DNA of 63,757 nt, counting the filler, from Stramenopiles sp. TOSAG23-3 (lineage: Eukaryota): assembly GCA_900128585.1 (NCBI GenBank). It is 44 parts of 44 records of this genome, joined end to end, with 100 filler letters (N's around TTAATTAATTAA, not from the genome) between each part and the next. Parts side by side here need not be neighbours in the genome. Positions count along the whole stretch, not along the records: positions 58,102 to 59,440 come from LT646005.1; positions 59,541 to 60,879 come from LT646006.1; positions 60,980 to 62,318 come from LT646007.1; positions 62,419 to 63,757 come from LT646008.1; 40 more parts are not named here. One strand, given 5' to 3'. The notes beneath the pieces were generated by a model. It ran no database searches. It was not told the DNA's origin and saw only the letters and a list, made by a program, of their open reading frames with translations. Position 1 is the first letter of the stretch; every line of letters begins with the position of its first letter. A program made the position numbers and the translations under genes. Below, piece after piece: positions 58,103 to 63,757 of this stretch.

Positions 58103-58894
58103 TTTAAGCTGGAAAACGGTGAAGAAATTGGAGCCCGAGCTGATGCCATGCATGCCTTTAACAATAAATGGCCGCATGGCATCATTTTTCCACCTGATAT
58201 GAAAGCAATTATGTTGTCGTCGACCTTCAACGAGTCTTCGGCCCCTGAACAGAACAGCCCCCCAATGGCGTTCGGAAGGCGAGAAGCAGAGCCATCAGGC
58301 CGCGACAGTCACATAAAGCAATCGCCAAACCCAGACGCTTCTTTGCCGGTTATGTTGGATGATTTCCCTTTCGGCAGCTCAGGTATAAGGAGCAGGCAAA
58401 AGATGGCGGCATGGAATAAGAAAAGCTCAAAAGTGGGCGACGATTCCCGGCGTCTTCCGTGGGAGGTAGCCAAAGGCGATCAGCTCCGGGACGAGTTCGG
58501 GCCATATCGACACGCCAAGAAAGAGAAGAGCCCCCCTCCAAGGCGTCGAAACCTGTACCTAACGAGGTCAACCGCGTCCTCTGACGCGAAAAGAAAACAG
58601 AAGAAAACATCACCAGAACCATTTTTCGGCCGCAAGAAGAGTGCGAGGAAAGAAACACGCGTCAAGGAAGTAGCAGACAAACGAGAGTTGGACGAGGAGG
58701 GAGAAGATCCATACTTGGGGACAAAGGTAAATTTAGACATTTTCAAGGCTAGTTGGCCAAAGGGGAAAGGGAAATTGAATGATTCTCCGTACGCCGAGGC
58801 TGAGTACCAGAAGATGGTCATTCGGCATGAGGCTGGTGCGTTACATTTAAAAATGACAAGGAGGATTAGCCAAACAATAAAGTGGGAGGAGTAA
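58103..58894 (+). CDS. Hypothetical disordered basic protein fragment
   Basis: Open from the contig edge; more than 248 aa. Confidence 0.65.
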   Translation, partial: FKLENGEEIGARADAMHAFNNKWPHGIIFPPDMKAIMLSSTFNESSAPEQNSPPMAFGRREAEPSGRDSHIKQSPNPDASLPVMLDDFPFGSSGIRSRQKMAAWNKKSSKVGDDSRRLPWEVAKGDQLRDEFGPYRHAKKEKSPPPRRRNLYLTRSTASSDAKRKQKKTSPEPFFGRKKSARKETRVKEVADKRELDEEGEDPYLGTKVNLDIFKASWPKGKGKLNDSPYAEAEYQKMVIRHEAGALHLKMTRRISQTIKWEE

Positions 58895-59540
58895 ATTTTA
58901 AGAGAAAAGAACAAAAAAGCATTTTTTTAGTTTAATCATATAAAATGCGAAAAAGATATACTGAACGTTGCCCTGGAACAACGCCAAATGGTTCTTGCGG
59001 AGAAAGACACGCTCTACCGCAAACTCACGGCCGCTCGTCATGAACGGGACAAGGACCGCGCCGTCGTGCAAGAGCTGCAGGAGGAATGGCGCGAGGTTGT
59101 GGAGAAAAACAAAGAAACCATCCGCGAGATATAAAAATTGAACAAGTAATTTGCCAAATTTTAATTAACTTTAAATAAATGTAAACCTTGAATGTCTAAA
59201 TTTAGAGTTCAGTTCGCATTACATTAATTTTAATTTACTTAAAATTAACAGCCCAATTTTCTTGTCAACTTTAAATAACAGAGCCAATTTTCAAGTTTAC
59301 AATTGAAATTTAATAAACAAAATATCATAGAGGAATGAATTGGGAATTGAACTTTGCCATACATAGTGTTATATGTTAGGGTTTAAAGGGGCGTTTCATC
59401 TTCTTTTTTTAAAAATAGATTATTTAAATGTTATTAAATANNNNNNNNNNNNNNNNNNNNNNNNNNNNNNNNNNNNNNNNNNNNTTAATTAATTAANNNN
59501 NNNNNNNNNNNNNNNNNNNNNNNNNNNNNNNNNNNNNNNN

Positions 59541-60394
59541 CTGGCGAGCGTTGCGTACACGGCGATGAAGCCGGCGTGGCGGCCCATGAGCTTGACGATC
59601 CCGACCCCGTTCGGGGCGCAGGCGGCCTCGGTCTTCGCGCACTTGATGACCCTCCGGGCCTCTTCGACGGCGGATTCGAACCCGAAGGAGCGGTCGATGA
59701 TCCCAATGTCGTTGTCGATGGTCTTCGGGATCCCGGCAAAGGCGATGGGCTCCTTCCGCTCCCGGGCCATCTCGTGGAGGCGGAGCGCCCCGCGGTGGGT
59801 CCCGTCCCCGCCGATGATGAAGACGAGGTTGACCCCCATCGCCTTGATGGCGTCGAAGATCTTCTCCGGCTCGAACCCCCCCCGGGCGGCGCCGAGGATG
59901 GTCCCCCCCTCGTGCTGAATCCCCGACACCCCCCGCTCCGTGAGGCGGAGGGGCTCGGTCCCGTTGTAAAACCCGTGCCACCCGCCCCGAATGCCAAAAA
60001 TGTTCTTCACCCCGTACAGCGTCGACAGGGCCGAGACGATGTGGTAGACGACGTCGTTCAGCCCCGGGCAGAGCCCCCCGCACGTGACGATGGCCGCCGC
60101 GCAGTCGTTCCGGTCAAAGTAGGTGGTCTGCCTCGGCCCCGCCCGCAGGAAGGCCCGGCAGGTCTTCCGCCCCGTCGGGCGCTGAAAGTACTGCTTCCCG
60201 TCCTCCCGCTCGTCGTCCTCCCGCTTCGCGCTCGGCCGCTTCACAATGTCCGCCAAGATGTAGTCCTCGTCCGCAATGTAGTTCGCATAGTGCTTGCTCC
60301 CCGTCTCCCTATAATTGTCCGACCGTGCATCATGGGACGGCAAGTAATCCCGCAGGCTTGGCACCGTTATCGTGTCCAACGCCAAGGTGGCCAT
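59541..60394 (-). CDS. PFK: 6-phosphofructokinase (plant/protist group X type), N-terminal two thirds
   Basis: AIVTCGGLCPGLN, GGTILG, IGGDGT, GIPKTIDND and KLMGRHAGFIA; ATG at 60394. Confidence 0.96.
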
Positions 60395-61333
60395 GGTGGT
60401 TGTGCAGAACGTTCGATAGGAACACTCGCTCACTCGTTCAAACGGGAAACTGAAAGGAAGGAAGGAAGGAAGAAAGAAAGGAAGAAAGAACAGGGTAGAA
60501 GAAAGAAGAGAGAAGTAAAGTGATTTCTCCAACACCAAATTTCAATCGTATGCAATCAATAAACACACAACAACAACAACAACAAAACAGATGAACTCTT
60601 TCTTTCAAATCGCTTCTTTCTTTCTTTCTTTCCGATTCGATTTCTTTCTTTCTTCTTTTTTTCAGAAAAAAAAAAAAAAGAACGAAAGAAAGAAGGTATT
60701 ATTCTTACTATACAATATATCCTATCTAACTTAAATATAAGTACAATTCATTCTTCTTCTTTCTTTAATTAGCGCGTCATCACATTTATGGATTAAAAAA
60801 GAGTAGAAAGAGAATACAATAAATTGAAAGAAGAGTACAAATAAAGAATACAATAATGTACTTCTATTTCATTTATATANNNNNNNNNNNNNNNNNNNNN
60901 NNNNNNNNNNNNNNNNNNNNNNNTTAATTAATTAANNNNNNNNNNNNNNNNNNNNNNNNNNNNNNNNNNNNNNNNNNNNAAAAGGATTTTTTTCGATTTT
61001 CAAGTATTTTTTTAAATGTAAAATTACATGAAGGAACGTAAACCTTTGATGGACAAAAGGAGCAGATTCATTTTCGCGGTACATGAGGAAGATATTCGTA
61101 AATTTTAATCCAAGTAGTTAATACCTATACTATTTAATAATATACGTCTTGTTTTTTAAATTATTATCAATATAATTATGTAATTTTACAAACTACCGTA
61201 TTACCTAGAAAGTACGAACTACAGTACGGTAGTGTCTCCTATTAAAATTCCTTGCAAAGTACAGGTATTAGTTGTGCTACCTATGAACTCCGCAACATAT
61301 GAAATTACATTATGCAAGCGGCACGTCACGAAC

Positions 61334-61960
61334 TTATCCTAAAGCGTCGAGTTGTTCCTGTATCCTCTCAAGCGATAGAAAAAAATCATACAACTTCTCG
61401 TGATCGAATTCTACCGCAAAAGATGACTCCTCTCCGTTTCCATCAGGCGACGAAGTTTTGAAGTCAAAAATAACAGAAGAGTCCCTTAATTTTGCAGCGT
61501 TGCTCTGGCCGACTTTCATGGTCGCACGCCATGAATAGTCCGACAATAGCATAGGTCCAGCAATTGTGGTAGCTGCCAAGCAATTGCAAATGTATTTCCC
61601 CTCACTCTTCCACACTTCGCCGACGGTAGCAGCTTTGGACGCCTCAACCCCAAACTGGGATAAACTTGACTCCAGCGTTTGCGGCGACACAGTCTCGTAC
61701 GCTGCCTTCTCAAAAATGAAAGAGCAACCATCTAATACTGTGGTAAGTTCTTCCACATTGAGCTGCAACACTTTCTGCAGCTGCTCTTGTTCTTTATCGC
61801 TAAAAAGTTTCTCGCCCTTGATGTGAAGCTTTTGAACCACTCGTTTAAGTAGCAACTTGAATTTTTTGTCGCCCAGTTTATTTATGAGCGAAGCGACAGA
61901 CTTAAATTTACTTGTCGCTGTGAACAGACTGTTTTTCTTCCCTTCGTCTTTTGACGCCAT
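61334..61960 (-). CDS. COMMD10: COMM-domain protein 10
   Basis: LFTAT.KFK..ASLIN...KF.LLL.R..QKLH...FS..EQEQL and VEFDHEKLYDFFLSLERIQEQLDAL. Confidence 0.9.
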   Translation of the reverse strand: MASKDEGKKNSLFTATSKFKSVASLINKLGDKKFKLLLKRVVQKLHIKGEKLFSDKEQEQLQKVLQLNVEELTTVLDGCSFIFEKAAYETVSPQTLESSLSQFGVEASKAATVGEVWKSEGKYICNCLAATTIAGPMLLSDYSWRATMKVGQSNAAKLRDSSVIFDFKTSSPDGNGEESSFAVEFDHEKLYDFFLSLERIQEQLDALG

Positions 61961-62418
61961 CCTAAAACTTTTGAAAGTGCTTTCGTTCTTTCCTCTGTAA
62001 AATACTAGTTGTAAAAAAATATAAAGTTGGACAGCGCATTTGTTGCCTTTCTCGAACTACTGTCTTTATTTCATAAGGAGAACGCTCGCGGTGAACAAAA
62101 AGTAAAGAAAATGGAAAGCAACTCTATTATTCACTTCTTCTTTTTCTTCTTCTCGTCGTCGTCGTCCTCCTCCTCCTCTACTACCAAGGTACTTGGATGG
62201 TATTGTACATTATTTTATCATCTATCATTTTTTAGACACTGACTTTGACATTGTATAATTACATTATTATACGGTATATTATTAATAAATTATTTAGTGG
62301 AGGGAGGGGATAGGAAAGNNNNNNNNNNNNNNNNNNNNNNNNNNNNNNNNNNNNNNNNNNNNTTAATTAATTAANNNNNNNNNNNNNNNNNNNNNNNNNN
62401 NNNNNNNNNNNNNNNNNN

Positions 62419-63757
62419 TTGGCGCAACTTCTCGGCAGATTCCAGCTTACGTTTCTGAATCTGTGCTTTCAGGTAACGCTTCTGTTCCACGGAGGCGTAT
62501 TTCAGAGAGCGCTTCTGTTCCGAGGCGAGAGCTCCTTTTGCGAGTTTTTCAGCCCGCTTTAACCCCCTTTCGTACGCCTGCTGCTGCTTTGCGGCGCGCG
62601 CTTCTTGTTTCATGCGCTCTCTGGCCTCATATTCCGCAGGGTTCTTACGCGGCCGTCCCCGTCCACGACCCGGGACTTTCACAGGTTTTCGCACTTCCTT
62701 TATTCCTACAAGGCCATGGTCCTTTCGGCAAGCTTCGTCCGCTTCTGCCCTAGCTTCTTTGTATTTTTCCAAGGGAAAAAGGCAAGGAGGAGAGTTCGGT
62801 AAAGACTTTAAGGGAATGTACAAGGTAACCCCATTCTTTTGGAAATTTCGTGCCAGTTGGTCGACAAGAATCCCCATACTAGAAGCAGATGGCAAGCTTG
62901 CGATGTCCGTTATCTGTTTAAGTTCCTCCGCTAGGCGGCCAGCACTATCTGCCCCGTCCACGGCTTCTTCCTCATTCCCCGAATCGCCCTCACTGTCGCT
63001 CGGTTTATCCATCTGCTCTTGCGCGATTTTTCCCTCGTTGTACGTCACTTTTTCCTTTCGACGACGCAGTGACGCGCGGTCGATCGAAACCTTAGGTTCG
63101 TCTATATCGTCGTCCTCTGAATCCACATGTTTCTTCTTTCGGACCGACTTCGGCCGAGGGGTACGCTTTGGCCGGGAAGTAGCCGGTTGGGGTCTCGGTC
63201 GGGTTTTGCGCTCGCCGCCTGCAGACGCGTACGAACTTTGGCAAGCCCCACGACGGCGTGCGTCTCCGAGGGATTCACCGGTTGCATTAAATATTATGTC
63301 TGTATTTGGCCACCGGCGATCAGACTGGACAACGCGAACGAACGATGTCGGGGCTAATTCTTTCCCATTGTAAATAACCTTCGTCCCGAGCGTATTCATA
63401 ATGCCGAAGTGTTTGTTGCCAAAAGCCTTATCTTTTGCGTAGATTAACGCAAATCGTGGTAGTGGCGGCCCTTCTGATGGCTGGAGTTTCTGGAATTCGA
63501 ACGAAAGTGGGACGGTACCGTCCATTGCAAGATCGGGATTGTGCATGGTTTGGGAAACCAATTCTTTGACTACGCCCTTAACGATTGTAGCAGGGTCTTT
63601 CACCTTCAGTCCTGTGCAAAATCGACGGTGGGTACCAAGAGCCCCTAGCCCCGTTTTCCCACAAATTTCGCAAGTTCCTTGGTTAGAATTTTTGGCTTTA
63701 AATGCTTTCTTGGGGGCCACATATTTTTCATCTTCACTGTCACTTTCTAACTCATCG
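62419..63757 (-). CDS. Nuclear/chromatin protein fragment: zinc finger, RAMA-like segment, AT-hook, coiled coil
   Basis: CEICGK..LGTHRRFC; VIYNGKELAPTSFV...GESLGDAR; GRGRGRPRK. Confidence 0.7.

Noticed and set aside
39371-61960. COMMD5 and COMMD10, or several lipid genes, as a gene cluster
   Set aside because: They are on separate contigs ordered only by length, so there is no linkage information.

Overview
This window is not a continuous locus. It is 44 short contigs (about 1365 down to 1339 nt, sorted by length) joined by 43 artificial 100-nt spacers (N44-TTAATTAATTAA-N44), so adjacency across spacers has no biological meaning. The DNA is nuclear and eukaryotic, with intron-poor CDS in very AT-rich, (GAA/CTT)n-rich intergenic DNA. 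It is most consistent with a flagellated protist, probably a stramenopile (inference). Recognisable genes, mostly partial, include a delta-12/omega-3-type fatty acid desaturase, ECH1, PGM3, an acyl-CoA dehydrogenase, an ABCC transporter, a bromodomain protein, an alpha-kinase, a ubiquitin-NEDD8 fusion, GBF1, an axonemal-type dynein heavy chain, TBCD, PP2C, SPB1, a cathepsin D-like protease, COMMD5, COMMD10, RAE1, TPS/TPP, SIN3, fibrocystin-L-like, eEF3 and PFK. The most interesting signals are a thraustochytrid-type PUFA synthase DH-ER fragment (alongside an aerobic desaturase), a pore-less KCNH-like voltage sensor joined to an unknown helical domain, a virus-like contig, a RAMA/AT-hook chromatin protein, and three dispersed intergenic motif families. 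Exact 79-nt terminal inverted repeats and a head-to-head dynein junction show amplification/assembly chimeras, so every unusual domain fusion here needs read-level confirmation. No rRNA, tRNA or CRISPR was seen, and no multi-gene novel system can be demonstrated from contigs this short.
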